A stretch of 64,000 bases of DNA, taken from Azolla caroliniana (taxonomy: Eukaryota > Plantae > Polypodiophyta). How positions within the stretch are numbered: the stretch's first letter is position 1; each line of letters starts with the position of its first letter. Below are positions 1-10,494 of this stretch, piece after piece. Below the pieces are notes generated by a model. That model was not told the origin of the DNA, did no database searches, and saw only the letters and a list, made by a program, of their open reading frames with translations. The position numbers and the translations under genes were made by a program. The DNA is taken from NCBI GenBank assembly GCA_043228905.1, contig JBHGNT010000003.1, forward strand, positions 5,332,001 to 5,396,000. The letters run 5' to 3'.

Positions 1-621
1 AAACTGCTCCATTAGTGCTTGATCATCCCAGGGTATATCTGAAGCAAGTAGGCGGAAATCCGCCGCGTAGGCAGAGGCTGGACGATCGCCTTGACGCAAT
101 CGCCAGATATTGTTGATCGTCGTCCTGATGCTGTCGGTGTCTCCAAAGCAGGCTTTAAACTCACCAATAAAATCTTCAAAGTTATTAAGTAAGGGCGATT
201 GTTTTTCTAGAAGCGGAGCAAACCATGCCAAGGCTGAGCCGCTAAGTAGCGTGCCTATTAGGCTGACTCGAGATGCATCAGTGGGATATCGGGAAGGATG
301 CATCTGGATGACTAAGCGTACCTGATTAAGGAATCCCCGGAATTGCGAACGTGTTCCATCAAATTTCACAGGAAGTCCAATCTTGGGCTCTTTATGAAAT
401 CCTTGGGGACTGGATCCTTGTTGTTGCAACGCTGCTTCGAGTTGTTGTACCCGTAACGCTAACTCCCCATGTTGTTGTTGCGTTTGTTGTTTTTCTAGAG
501 CGATTTGTTGCAGATCCCCTATCAGCCGTTGGTTTTCTTGTTCCAGGGCAACAAACTTTTCTTTTAGGCACTGTAGCTCGGAGAAAACGGATTGGTATTC
601 TTGGGCACTAACAGTAGCCAT
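1..621 (-). pseudogene. gag: Chromovirus gag (Retrotrans_gag-like), frameshifted and cut by the window edge
   Basis: Manual translation: MATVSAQEYQSVF... then a frameshift to ...EPKIGLPVKFDGTRSQFRGFL...LRQG. Confidence 0.75.
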
Positions 622-691
622 AGTATAGGGAAAAGGGTAGGAGGATGAGGGAGAGTGACAAGTAGGCTAGAGGAGGAAAATTGGTTCAAAC

Positions 692-1055
692 TGTCAGGAA
701 TAGTACTAAAACAGAGATGGAATTAGTACTAAGAACAACAGTACTATTAGTACTAAGAGGACGGGACTACGTAAGATTCCCAAGAGAGGAAGCGAGAAGA
801 GGAGAGAGAGAGAGATAGCGAGAATGAGAGAGAGAGAGAGATGATGACAGCAACTAATATATTATGTGAAAAGATAAGTACAAGCGGCTAAGAGGCTTAA
901 GACTGGCGTTGAACCAATTTGGTTCAAAACAATGCCTTGTGCCTCCTTTTATAGTGTTTTTAGGAATAATCCTGAAGCTTTTAGAATGTTCCAGAGAGAT
1001 CTGGAATATACATCAATTTTCTATGATAAAGTATAAATGAAAATAATATCCTACA
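692..1055 (-). repeat. Candidate 5' LTR of the chromovirus, containing a (GA)n tract
   Basis: TG...CA termini with an imperfect terminal inverted repeat and a TATA box. The partner LTR is outside the window, so the boundaries are unconfirmed. Confidence 0.55.
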
Positions 1056-1352
1056 AAATACAATTCATAATCTAATGGTAAGAGCTCGACCCATGTAGCA
1101 TAAAGTCATGGGTTCGAGTCTTGCCATGACAGTTACAATGGATTGGATATGAATCTGAAAGATCATCCTTGAAAGAAAGGAGCCAACCATCATGTAAGGA
1201 GTGGTCCGATATGAATATGAGAGATTATTTTTCCTCAAGGGATGGGAGAGAGAAGAAGAGAATGGGAAGAGAAAAAAGAAAAAGAAAAAGTGGAACATAT
1301 ACGGAGTTCCTTCTTGATCATAGCCTCCCATGTTCCTTTGCATGTGTCCCCA

Positions 1353-1466
1353 TCTAGTTGCATGGCCTCTATTTCTAGTTGCTTGGCCTTTATTTTTAGT
1401 TGCATGGCCTCCTTTTTTAGTTGCTTCGCCTTTTTTAGTTGCTTGACCTTTACTTTTAGTTGCATG
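1353..1466. repeat. Imperfect ~21-bp tandem repeat (TAGTTGC core, about 5-6 units)
   Basis: ctagttgcatggcctctattt / ctagttgcttggcctttattt / ttagttgcatggcctcctttt / ... Confidence 0.7.
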
Positions 1467-1572
1467 CGACCATTCGTATAATTCGGCCACATGATCCACA
1501 ATCATCCATAAAATTCAGCTCGTGCATAATCCGTACGTGCGTCGCAACCAAACCGTAAACACGTCCGCACGC

Positions 1573-2356
1573 TGTCGTGAAGAAAACCGTCCATAAGCGG
1601 AATCGGCGCACCAAGGCGTGGGAACCGGTTCTTCACGCGCGCACGCTCCAAGTTGTACATAGAAGCGAATTAGGAGGATAATCGGCAGGAACGGGCCCTA
1701 ACACGAGTGGAGACAAAGACCGCGCGAACAGTCTTTCGGTCGCGCGCGCGAACTGTACGAGTCGGCGGCATAACTACGCGGATGCGCGAAGAACGGAGCG
1801 GATCCCTGTCCAAAAGGGACAGGGAATAAAGCTGACATGACGGCCTGCTCGTCGGCCTATATAAGGAGCAGGAAAGAGCTGTTGCAGGGATCTCGCGGGG
1901 AGAGGACGAAGTGCTGTCGGACCGTTTCTGGACGCTTCTCTCTCTGTTTCCTTCCTTCTTGAGCTCCATAGCTTTCCTGTGCAGGGTTCCGAGGAGGCAC
2001 GCGCTGTTTCGAGGGACGCCCGAGTGCTTCCGGCAGCACCTCCGACCTGCTACCCCTTTGTGCGTCGAAGCGAACAGGCATCGGCATCTGTTCGCCGGCC
2101 TGTTCGGTTGTAACCAACCTGTGCACCATCGAGGGTTGTAGTCGTGTTAGCCATTTTTGTTAATATACGTATTTAGTCATTCGCATCTGTCTGTGTCGGT
2201 GTCTGTTCGCGTTCTCCGTGTTGAAGGGCCGTGTCCCTGTGTATCCCCGGTCCTGCGCAGCCGGTTCTCTCTCTTTCTCCTCCCTCGCTTGCTCTTTGGT
2301 TCGAGACCCCCGCGGTCCCGCCTCGTTTCCACACGCACTTGCGAAATATCTCGACA
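1573..2356 (+). repeat. 5' LTR (784 bp)
   Basis: Direct repeat of 8078-8862; TATATAA at about 1858. Confidence 0.97.
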
Positions 2357-2360
2357 TCTT

Positions 2361-2378
2361 TGGTGAACCCGACGTGAA
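2361..2378 (+). promoter_or_regulatory. Primer-binding site complementary to tRNA-Trp
   Basis: TGGTGAACCCGACGTGAA is the reverse complement of the recalled plant tRNA-Trp 3' end (UUCACGUCGGGUUCACCA); it lies 4 nt after the LTR. Confidence 0.85.
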
Positions 2379-2400
2379 GGAGGCGGCAGAAGAGCAGAAG

Positions 2401-4527
2401 ATGAGGGGGTCGGACCTTGCAGAGGCCATGGCTTCGGCCGTGGATCGGATTGTAAACGCGCGCGAGGGCACCGGTGCCCTCGACAGAGCTATTGAGGCGG
2501 TCGTCGGCACGATCGGCCGGTTCGATGGGAAGGATGCCACGAAGTATTTGGCGTCCTACGGTGCAGAGATGCTGATGCGGGACATTCCGGAAGAAAGGCG
2601 TCTTGCCGGATTTCCCCGAGTGGCGATGCCGAGCATCCATGCGGAGGTGCTCGAGGTGCGGGCGGAGAGCCGTACCTGGGAGGAGTTCGAAGGTCGGCTC
2701 CTAGAGAAATACGGGTTGGACGACGCGCTCCGGCTTTCGAAGCGAAGGTTCATGGAATGGGTGGAGTCCCCGGGGAAGGGAAGAAACGCGTCGGCACTCC
2801 TCCGGGAGTTCGAGGAAAACTTTGCGCGCCTTTCGGCGCTCGACCGAACCATCCTGGACACGAGCCGGGTCTTGCTGTTTGTCAAGTCGGTCGACGAGCG
2901 GGATTGGGAGCAAGTGGGCCTCTTGCTGGAAACCGAAGACGGGCTCACTACCGACTGGGCGGTTGTCAAGAAAGTCTGTGGCCGTTTCGACAAACGGCGA
3001 GAATGGGCGGATAACGGGGCAACCGGGTCGGGCTCGGTCGCAGCAAGGAAGCTCGAACCAGCGCCACAGGGGCGAAAGGAAGACACCCGAGAGTGGTTGG
3101 AAACCGGTTCGGCTTCGACCGGCGTAGTCAGAGGCTCAACCGGAGGAGCGGCGCTGGAGGAATTGACGAGGGCGATAAAGGACCTCCAAATCGCGCAAGC
3201 CCGAAGGGAAGGTGGCGAACCGGCTCGTGACCGACGGCCGGTGGCAGGAAACAGGTGCATGTGGTGCAATGAAGTCGGCCACATTCGGAAGGACTGCGGC
3301 GACTTCGCGGAGGCGCTGAGGAACAGGGTGGTGTACCTGTGGGAAGGACGGGTGCATGCCAGCGACACCCGAAGGGCCCTGAGCCGAAACGACGGCCGAG
3401 GTGGTATGAAAGGGTTGATGGAAGAGGCGGCGGCCCGACACGCGGAAACCGTCCACTACTCGGCGTCGGCCGGCATTCGAGTCGGGGGCGGCGAGGCCCG
3501 AAGGGAAAGCAAAGCCGGATTCTGGCCGACGATGCTGGAAGGCCTTGCCGGTGCAAGGCTTAAAGGGGAGGAATCGGACCGTGCGGAGAAACGGGTATGG
3601 GAGATGACCGGATGGAGCGACCCGGTCGAGGAAAGGACGGGCTTCGTGGAAGCCGCTTGCCAGAACTACGAGGCTCTGGTAGAAGAGAAGCGGGTGGGGA
3701 AACCCGGGACGACCGGGCCCTCACAACGATACGAGACCCGGTCCGGGCCACGACGGGACGAAGCCGGCGGGGCCGGTACGCAAGATAAACCCCAGAAGGG
3801 CGGGTACCGTCTGGGGACGGAGATAGAAAGGACCACGGACTTACGAAAGGTCCTGGAGGAACGGATCCTCGACAGCAAGGTGGAGCTGTCGTTACGAGAG
3901 GTGCTGGGAATCGCCAAGAAGGAGTTCCACGACTCCATCGTGGACTTGGTGAAACGGAAGAGGCTGTCAACGGAGACAGAACCGGAAAGACCGATGGAAG
4001 TGCGGACGACGCACCTAGACGACATGGCGCTGGGAGACGAGTGGGCGGAAAGCCACTATTCGAGACCACACTGGGCCCGAGCGACCACGGAAACCCCGGT
4101 GAAGATCGGCGATGTCCAGGAACCGGTGATAGCTTTGGTGGACCACGGATCGGAGATCAATTTGATGTCCATGGACTTCTATAAGAAGGGCAAATGACCA
4201 ATCAACACCAAGCACGGGTGGAAAATAAGGGCAGCAACGCGCGCCACCGAGGAACTGCACGGGGCCTGTCCGAATGTGCGAGTCAAGATCGGCGACGTCG
4301 AGATTGACCAGCACTTCTTCGTGCAGGAGACATCTTCGCATCCGGTCATACTGGGAGAGCCGTACATCACGGCGGCGCGAATGGAGACCAAGGTGTTGGA
4401 CAATGGTTTGGCCTACGCGAGGGTCAAAAGCCAAGACGGGCGCCATTCGGTCCAGTTTCTGACGGTACGGCCGAACCACGAACGTAACCGCGACTCCCTC
4501 AGTTCCGAAAACCGAGAGGATTTTTAG
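2401..4527 (+). pseudogene. gag-pro: Gag-protease polyprotein with one in-frame TGA (4195-4197) inside the protease
   Basis: CCHC knuckle CMWCNEVGHIRKDC; protease ALVDHGSEINLM...VILGEPY; ORFs 2218-4197 and 4276-4527 share a frame; the TGA probably derives from TGG. Confidence 0.85.
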
Positions 4528-4583
4528 AGAGGACTGTCAAGGCGTGGGGCCGCGACAGTCCGGATGCTCCGGGAAAACCCCAC
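4518..4583 (+). promoter_or_regulatory. Putative -1 programmed ribosomal frameshift signal (G_GAT_TTT plus pseudoknot)
   Basis: Slippery heptamer 4518-4524; 6-nt spacer; stem GGACTGTC (4531-4538)/GACAGTCC (4554-4561); loop GTGGGG pairs with CCCCAC (4578-4583); the -1 frame is open into pol. Confidence 0.75.
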
Positions 4584-4649
4584 ATCTGTACGATAAAACC
4601 GTGTACAATAGTTAGGAAATTTTGCTTCTCCGACAGCGGAGCATGTACG

Positions 4650-7600
4650 ATGGTCGGCATCGCCGGCCGAGAGAAAACAAAGACGGAGGGGAGACTTCGG
4701 GCGTGCGGAGTTCTCGGCCCTGACGAAGAAATCAACGAAGCCGTGGAGGCAGTCTCCTTCGACGACACCTTGGGAATGCTGGGGAAGGTAGTCGAAGAAG
4801 ACCTTAACGAAGACCGGACGATACCGGTATGTTCCGAAGAAATGTACAAAGTCATCGCGGACTTCGGTCGAGGGCTCGAGTCGGAACGGACGGCCCGAGT
4901 TAGCACCAAGTACAAGACTGTGGACCGGAAGGTGAGGCCAGTTGCGGCGCCCTTACCGGAGGGCAGCGAATCCCGAATCAAAGGGGTTGCATCGGACCCC
5001 AGCTTACGAGATCCGGCCTGCATAGGACACACCTTCACCAACGAGACGCTCCGCGAGCTGAAGATTGGTGGGGGTGGGTTCCTACTGCCGGTGGAGGAAG
5101 ACCGGTTTCGGAGAATGCTCGGAAGGCACGGGAAAGCCTTCGCATTCTCACCGGAGGAAATCGGGTGCGTAGACCCGACGATCGTAGAGCCGATGGTGAT
5201 ATTCACGGTACCGCATGTACCGTGGAATCTCAAGCCAATTCCGGTTCCGAGAGCTCACATCCCGAAGTTGATGGAGCTGTTGAAGCAGAAAGTTGATATG
5301 GGCATTCTCGAGCCGTCGAGCGCCCCGTATTCAAACCGATGGTTTACCGTACCAAAGAAAAACGGATCGTTGCGCTTCATTCAGGACCTGCAGCCGGTCA
5401 ATAGAGTGACCATTCGGAACGCAGGGATCGGACCGACCATAGACGAGTTCGTGGAGGCCTTCGCCGGAAGGTCGATTTACTCGGTCGGTGATCTATACTC
5501 AGGGTACGACCAGTTCCAGCTAGCCGTGGAGAGCAGAGACATTACGACGATGCGAACTCCCCTCGGCCTAGTGCGGATGTGTACGCTGCCGCAAGGAGGG
5601 ACCAACTCGGTGGCCCACATGGTGAATGCAATGAACAAGGTGCTGAGGGACTGCATCCCGGACATCACCATGCCGTTTCTAGACGACATCCCGATCAAGG
5701 GATGCCCGGTAGAAGAGAAGGACGAGACGATCGGGCCGGACGGATGCCGGCGATTCGTGATGACGCACATCGACGACTGCGAGAAGGTGCTGCAAAGGCT
5801 AGAGGAAGCGAGGCTCACCTTCTCGGGGGAGAAGTCAGCCTTCGGGCAGTCGGAAATCATGGTGGTCGGGCATTTATGTGGACCATATGGCCGGAAACCG
5901 TCTCCGGCAAAGGTAGAAGCCATCTCCGCGATGAAGGCTGATTGCAGCTCGGTCACGGAAGTACGAAGATTCTTGGGAGCATGCGCCTTCTACCACATAT
6001 GGATCCCGCATTACGCGCACGTCGCGGAGCCGCTGTACGGATTATTGAAGAAAGGGCGAAGATTCGAATGGCTAGACAAGCACACGGAGTCGGTCCGGAA
6101 GCTGAAGGAGGCTCTTTCGGCAGCACCGGCGCTCCGAAAGGCCGTCTACAGGAAGGGCACCCCAGTGTACATAACGGTTGACACGAGTCCGACCGGAATC
6201 GGGTGGGTCGTCAACCAAGAAGACGAGGACGGCAATCGGTTTCCGATCCGATTCGGCGCGAAGGTCCTCAGTGAGCGGCAGCGAGGATACGCCCAGGTTA
6301 AACGCGAACTCTGGGGTATCGTTTTGGCGGTGAAGGCCGACAAGGACTATCTGATCGGGACAGAGGTAATCATAGAGACGGATTGCATGCCGATTCTCGG
6401 CATGGTTTCCGGATGCGCGACGCCGGACCTGGCAATGCTCAGGTGGATAGCGTACATCAAGTCCCTGGACCCAGAAATAAGACACATTTCCGGGAAAGAC
6501 AACGCCATGGCCGACATGCTTTCAAGGGCGAGATTCGATGACGAGGGCGGCATGGTTTCGGAGGACGAAGAGGTCGGCGTGGACTTCTTCGAGACTGCAT
6601 ATGTAACAACCGACGGAACAAGCACTCCGGCGCTTAACGACTTCGAAGCGAGCAAGTACGACGGGGAGTGGCTGCAGATCGGTGGGTTTTTGAAGACAAT
6701 GACGCCCGATGCGTCATGGACGAAGGACGAGGCCAACCGGATCCGGAAGAAAGCGCACCGGTTCTTTCTCCGGGATGGCTATCTATGGAAGCACCCGAAG
6801 AAGAGGGACGGCGCTCCGCTCCGGGTGGTGGCGATGAAGGAAGATCAGGAGGAGCTGCTAGCGGCCTACCACGACAGCCCTTGGGCTGGACACCGTGGAA
6901 CATGGGCTACGTTTGAGAAACTAAAGGGGAAGTATTGGTGGCTGGGGCAGTACCAGGACGTGCATCGGTTCGTGACAACTTGCGAGAGCTGTCAGATGCA
7001 CTCCATAGTCCGACATCGAGACGAGCTTCACCCTACGTACCCTCCGACCATCCACTTCAAATGGATGGTAGATCTGGTGACGATGCCAATGGGGGTAGGA
7101 CAGATGCGGTACCTGGTCCTAGCGCGGGAGGATCTGACGAACCAGGTGGAAGGCCGGGCCCTTCCGAACAAAACGACCGCAGCCGTATGTCGGTTCCTAA
7201 TCGAGGACGTGATATGCCGGTACGGGTGCGTCGGGAAGATCGTGGCTGACCGAGGGGAGTTGGACGCCGAAGAAGCCGCGGAGTTGTTCGACCGGCTGGG
7301 AGTCAAGCTCTCGCTCACCACTGCGTACAATCCGGAGGCGAATGGAAAGGTGGAGCGCGGACATGGACCGATCGTCAAGGCGTTGGTTCGGGCATGCGGA
7401 GGCCGAGTCGGTAACTGGCCGCGACTGCTACCTTATGCTTTGTGGGCAGACCGGACCACGCACAGTTCGGTAACCGGGTACATGCCGACGGAGCTCATGT
7501 TCGGCCAGAAGCCGATCATGCCGATGGAACGGACGATCTCCTCGTGGGCAACGGTCGACTGGAGGGACGAGATGAACCGGGAGGAGTTGTTGGCCGCGCG

Positions 7601-8006
7601 TATACGACAACTCGAGCGGAGACCGAAGGACGTGAAGCTGGCTACGGAGAAGCTCCGGGTGGCGAGGACAAAGAACAAAGCCAGGTTCGACCGAACGCAC
7701 CGGCTCCGACCGAAGAAAATCGAAGAAGGTGACTGGGTGCTCGTCTACGACAGCAGCCTCGACAACCAGCACCGAGCTACACGGAAGTTCGCACGAAGGT
7801 GGTTCGGGCCTTACGTGGTACGGAGCGCCAATGACAACGGGACATATCACCTGGCGGAACTCGACGGCACGAGAATGGCGGTACCGGTTGCAGGGAAGCG
7901 GATCAAAGCGTTCAAGAAGCGACACGACGACGAGCCAGACCTGGCTCTCCTAGTCAGCAGTGACGAACGATCCGAAAACGAGGAAGAACCGACGGGCGAG
8001 GAATGA
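4650..8006 (+). CDS. pol: Pol: reverse transcriptase, RNase H, integrase (probably reached by -1 frameshift from about 4524)
   Basis: RT motifs DLYSGYDQ, LPQG, FLDD; RNase H VDTS...ETDC; integrase H-H-C-C, ADRG, NGKVER, GPY; ORF intact. Confidence 0.95.
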   Translation: MVGIAGREKTKTEGRLRACGVLGPDEEINEAVEAVSFDDTLGMLGKVVEEDLNEDRTIPVCSEEMYKVIADFGRGLESERTARVSTKYKTVDRKVRPVAAPLPEGSESRIKGVASDPSLRDPACIGHTFTNETLRELKIGGGGFLLPVEEDRFRRMLGRHGKAFAFSPEEIGCVDPTIVEPMVIFTVPHVPWNLKPIPVPRAHIPKLMELLKQKVDMGILEPSSAPYSNRWFTVPKKNGSLRFIQDLQPVNRVTIRNAGIGPTIDEFVEAFAGRSIYSVGDLYSGYDQFQLAVESRDITTMRTPLGLVRMCTLPQGGTNSVAHMVNAMNKVLRDCIPDITMPFLDDIPIKGCPVEEKDETIGPDGCRRFVMTHIDDCEKVLQRLEEARLTFSGEKSAFGQSEIMVVGHLCGPYGRKPSPAKVEAISAMKADCSSVTEVRRFLGACAFYHIWIPHYAHVAEPLYGLLKKGRRFEWLDKHTESVRKLKEALSAAPALRKAVYRKGTPVYITVDTSPTGIGWVVNQEDEDGNRFPIRFGAKVLSERQRGYAQVKRELWGIVLAVKADKDYLIGTEVIIETDCMPILGMVSGCATPDLAMLRWIAYIKSLDPEIRHISGKDNAMADMLSRARFDDEGGMVSEDEEVGVDFFETAYVTTDGTSTPALNDFEASKYDGEWLQIGGFLKTMTPDASWTKDEANRIRKKAHRFFLRDGYLWKHPKKRDGAPLRVVAMKEDQEELLAAYHDSPWAGHRGTWATFEKLKGKYWWLGQYQDVHRFVTTCESCQMHSIVRHRDELHPTYPPTIHFKWMVDLVTMPMGVGQMRYLVLAREDLTNQVEGRALPNKTTAAVCRFLIEDVICRYGCVGKIVADRGELDAEEAAELFDRLGVKLSLTTAYNPEANGKVERGHGPIVKALVRACGGRVGNWPRLLPYALWADRTTHSSVTGYMPTELMFGQKPIMPMERTISSWATVDWRDEMNREELLAARIRQLERRPKDVKLATEKLRVARTKNKARFDRTHRLRPKKIEEGDWVLVYDSSLDNQHRATRKFARRWFGPYVVRSANDNGTYHLAELDGTRMAVPVAGKRIKAFKKRHDDEPDLALLVSSDERSENEEEPTGEE

Positions 8007-8077
8007 AGACGGGTCGGTTTTCTCCGTCCCAACTCTCTTGGCGCATACCGGAGGATGCGCGGTTAGGTGGGGGCCGA

Positions 8078-8862
8078 TGTCGTGAAGAAAACCGTCCATA
8101 AGCGGAATCGGCGCACCAAGGCGTGGGAACCAGTTCTTCACGCGCGCACGCTCCAAGTTGTACATAGAAGCGAATTAGGAGGATAATCGGCAGGAACGGG
8201 CCCTAACACGAGTGGAGACAAAGACCGCGCGAACAGTCTTTCGGGTCGCGCGCGCGAACTGTACGAGTCGGCGGCGTAACTACGCGGATGCGCGAAGAAC
8301 GGAGCGGATCCCTGTCCAAAAGGGACAGGGAATAAAGCTGACATGACGGCCTGCTCGTCGGCCTATATAAGGAGCAGGAAAGAGTTGTTGCAGGGATCTC
8401 GCGGGGAGAGGACGAAGTGCTGTCGGACCGTTTCTAGACGCTTCTCTCTCTGTTTCCTTCCTTCTTGAGCTCCATAGCTTTCCTGTGCAGGGTTCCGAGG
8501 AGGCACGCGCTGTTTCGAGGGACGCCCGAGTGCTTCCGGCAGCACCTCCGACCTGCTACCCCTTTGTGCGTCGAAGCGAACAGGCATCGGCATCTGTTCG
8601 CCGGCCTGTTCGGTTGTAACCAACCTGTGCACCATCGAGGGTTGTAGTCGTGTTAGCCATTTTTGTTAATATACGTATTTAGTCATTCGCATCTGTCTGT
8701 GTCGGTGTCTGTTCGCGTTCTCCGTGTTGAAGGGCCGTGTCCCTGTGTATCCCCGGTCCTGCGCAGCCGGTTCTCTCTCTTTCTCCTCCCTCGCTTGCTC
8801 TTTGGTTCGAGACCCCCGCGGTCCCGCCTCGTTTCCACACGCACTTGCGAAATATCTCGACA
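8078..8862 (+). repeat. 3' LTR (785 bp)
   Basis: Direct repeat of 1573-2356, followed by TSD ACGC. Confidence 0.97.
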
Positions 8863-9244
8863 ACGCGCAGTGTACGCATCCACACGCAGGCGCGTCCCGA
8901 CCGGGCCGTACGTCGTGACCCAAAATCATTTGAGCCATTTATCTACACAGTTTTGCCCAAATCACCTTGAACATTCTGTGCTTCACACATAGACATATAG
9001 TAATAGGTTCTGGCTCTTGCTATATAATATGGGATCCACTGTTGTCCTATCTATGTGGGATATCTCACAGTTTTGTTTTTCCCAATCCTCTCAAACTTCA
9101 CACTCCCATAACTTGATACTTGTTTATCCATTTCATGTGTAGTAAAATGCATTATGAAGCTCTTGAAGACGTCCATCTTTCGTACTAATCCATTTAAGCT
9201 AACCTAACATAATTATTTCATTACTTTTCTTATCATGTGTAAAA

Positions 9245-9920
9245 AATCACACGACACCGGCACAGACGAGTGTGAGCCGACTTAATATCGACAACTGATC
9301 GGGAGCCTCATCTATCGCACGATCACGCGACCCGACCTCAACTATCCGGTCGGCCTCCTTAGCCAATTCATGCAAACTTTGCAAAATATCCATTTCAATT
9401 GCGCGAAGCGAGTATTACGATACATGAGTGGCACAATGGATTACGACATCCTCTACGCATCCGCCACACCAATTCGACTCGAAGGGTACACGGATGCCGA
9501 TTGGGCTGGGCACAAAGTTGATCGACCATCGACCTCCGGATTTGTCTTCTCGCTCGGTAGTGGAGCAATATCTTGGAGTAGTAAGAAGCAGCCTACTGTC
9601 GCACTCTCGAGTACGGAGGCCGAATATAGGGGCGCAACCGTAGCTGCATGTGAAGCCGTATGGCTCAAGAGGATTTTGAAGGATCTAGGTGTTCCAATCA
9701 AGGATCCAACTCCCATTTATTGCGACAAATGAATAGTATATATTTGGCTCGAAACCTGATGTTCCATGCATGGACAAAGCATATCGAAGTGCTCTACCAC
9801 TGCATTCGAGAGCGTGTTCAAGCCGGAGATGTCGATCTTCTACACGTCAACACGAATCTTCAGACAGCCGACAAGCTTCAGCAATTCATGTCAGACCTCA
9901 GATTGACAATCCCTGACTAA
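9245..9920 (+). mobile_element. Ty1/copia RT-RNase H fragment, same family as the element at 51178
   Basis: GYTDADWAG...STSGFVFSLGSGAISWSSKKQPTVALSSTEAEY...YCD; closely similar to about 55330-56020; frameshifted. Confidence 0.9.
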
Positions 9921-10494
9921 TAGATCTAAACCGCTTCCCTGCTACAAGCCGGTGTTACCGACTAGGTTAACACGGCCTACCCTCAGTCCTTCAGGGTATG
10001 GTTCAAGAAGATTGTAGTATAGGGAATAGCGAGCGTAAAAGGTCTAGATCACTTACTATGCCTAATCTCTACGCCAGGGGGTATAAGCAAGGGAAGAAGA
10101 GTGGTACATGAGACAGCTACAACCGAGCTCCTTCGTACCGTGACGTCGCTCTTTACACAGACACCCTTAATTACCACCTCCACAGATACATAAGGTTAGC
10201 ATAGACACACAGTTTAGAAAGACAACACGACTATATTCCAAACTTACAAAAATAACTACGCCCCCCTGACAGTGTTCCCGTGCCCTTTGTATATACAGGG
10301 CATGGACAATTACTCTCAGTGCGTAGAGCGTTACATGCATGTATACTTCCTAACGCTTCCATTATTACGAGGCTACACTTATACCCTAGTCCCCCTTCGT
10401 TCTTTACATCGTTTCCCACTAGTCCCACTCCGGTGGACAACACTTGGCACGCTTGTGGGACAGTGCCATAGTACGTCGGACCCCTCCTCCTTGA

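Larger units (their letters stand above)
1..1055 (-). mobile_element. 5' part of a Ty3/gypsy chromovirus (Tcn1/Tf1-sushi-like): 5' LTR, PBS and gag; continues off the left edge
   Basis: Minus-strand translation from ATG at 621 (with one frameshift) gives EPKIGLPVKFDGTRSQFRGFLNQ...LLSGSALAWFAPLL...LRQGDRPASAYAADFR, a PEG10/sushi-type Gag. The candidate LTR at 692-1055 has TGTAGG...CCTGACA termini and a TATAAAA at 947-953. Confidence 0.75.
1573..8862 (+). mobile_element. Full-length young Ty3/gypsy LTR retrotransposon (fungal-like or Phygy-like)
   Basis: LTRs 1573-2356 and 8078-8862 (TGTCG...CGACA, about 5 differences); 4-bp TSD ACGC; PBS TGGTGAACCCGACGTGAA at 2361-2378; G-rich PPT before 8078; domain order gag-PR-RT-RH-INT. 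Confidence 0.97.

Noticed and set aside
1065-1505. 146-aa ORF with ATKxKG repeats
   Set aside because: Kept open by the 21-bp tandem repeat and a poly-T run; no domain or splice support.
4195-4197. TGA in the protease as programmed readthrough
   Set aside because: It lies mid-domain and is most simply a TGG>TGA mutation; sister copies are needed to exclude readthrough.
2160-8032. Many long antisense and alternate-frame ORFs over the gypsy element (also at 39000-48600)
   Set aside because: Expected shadow ORFs in GC-rich coding DNA; no recognisable motifs.
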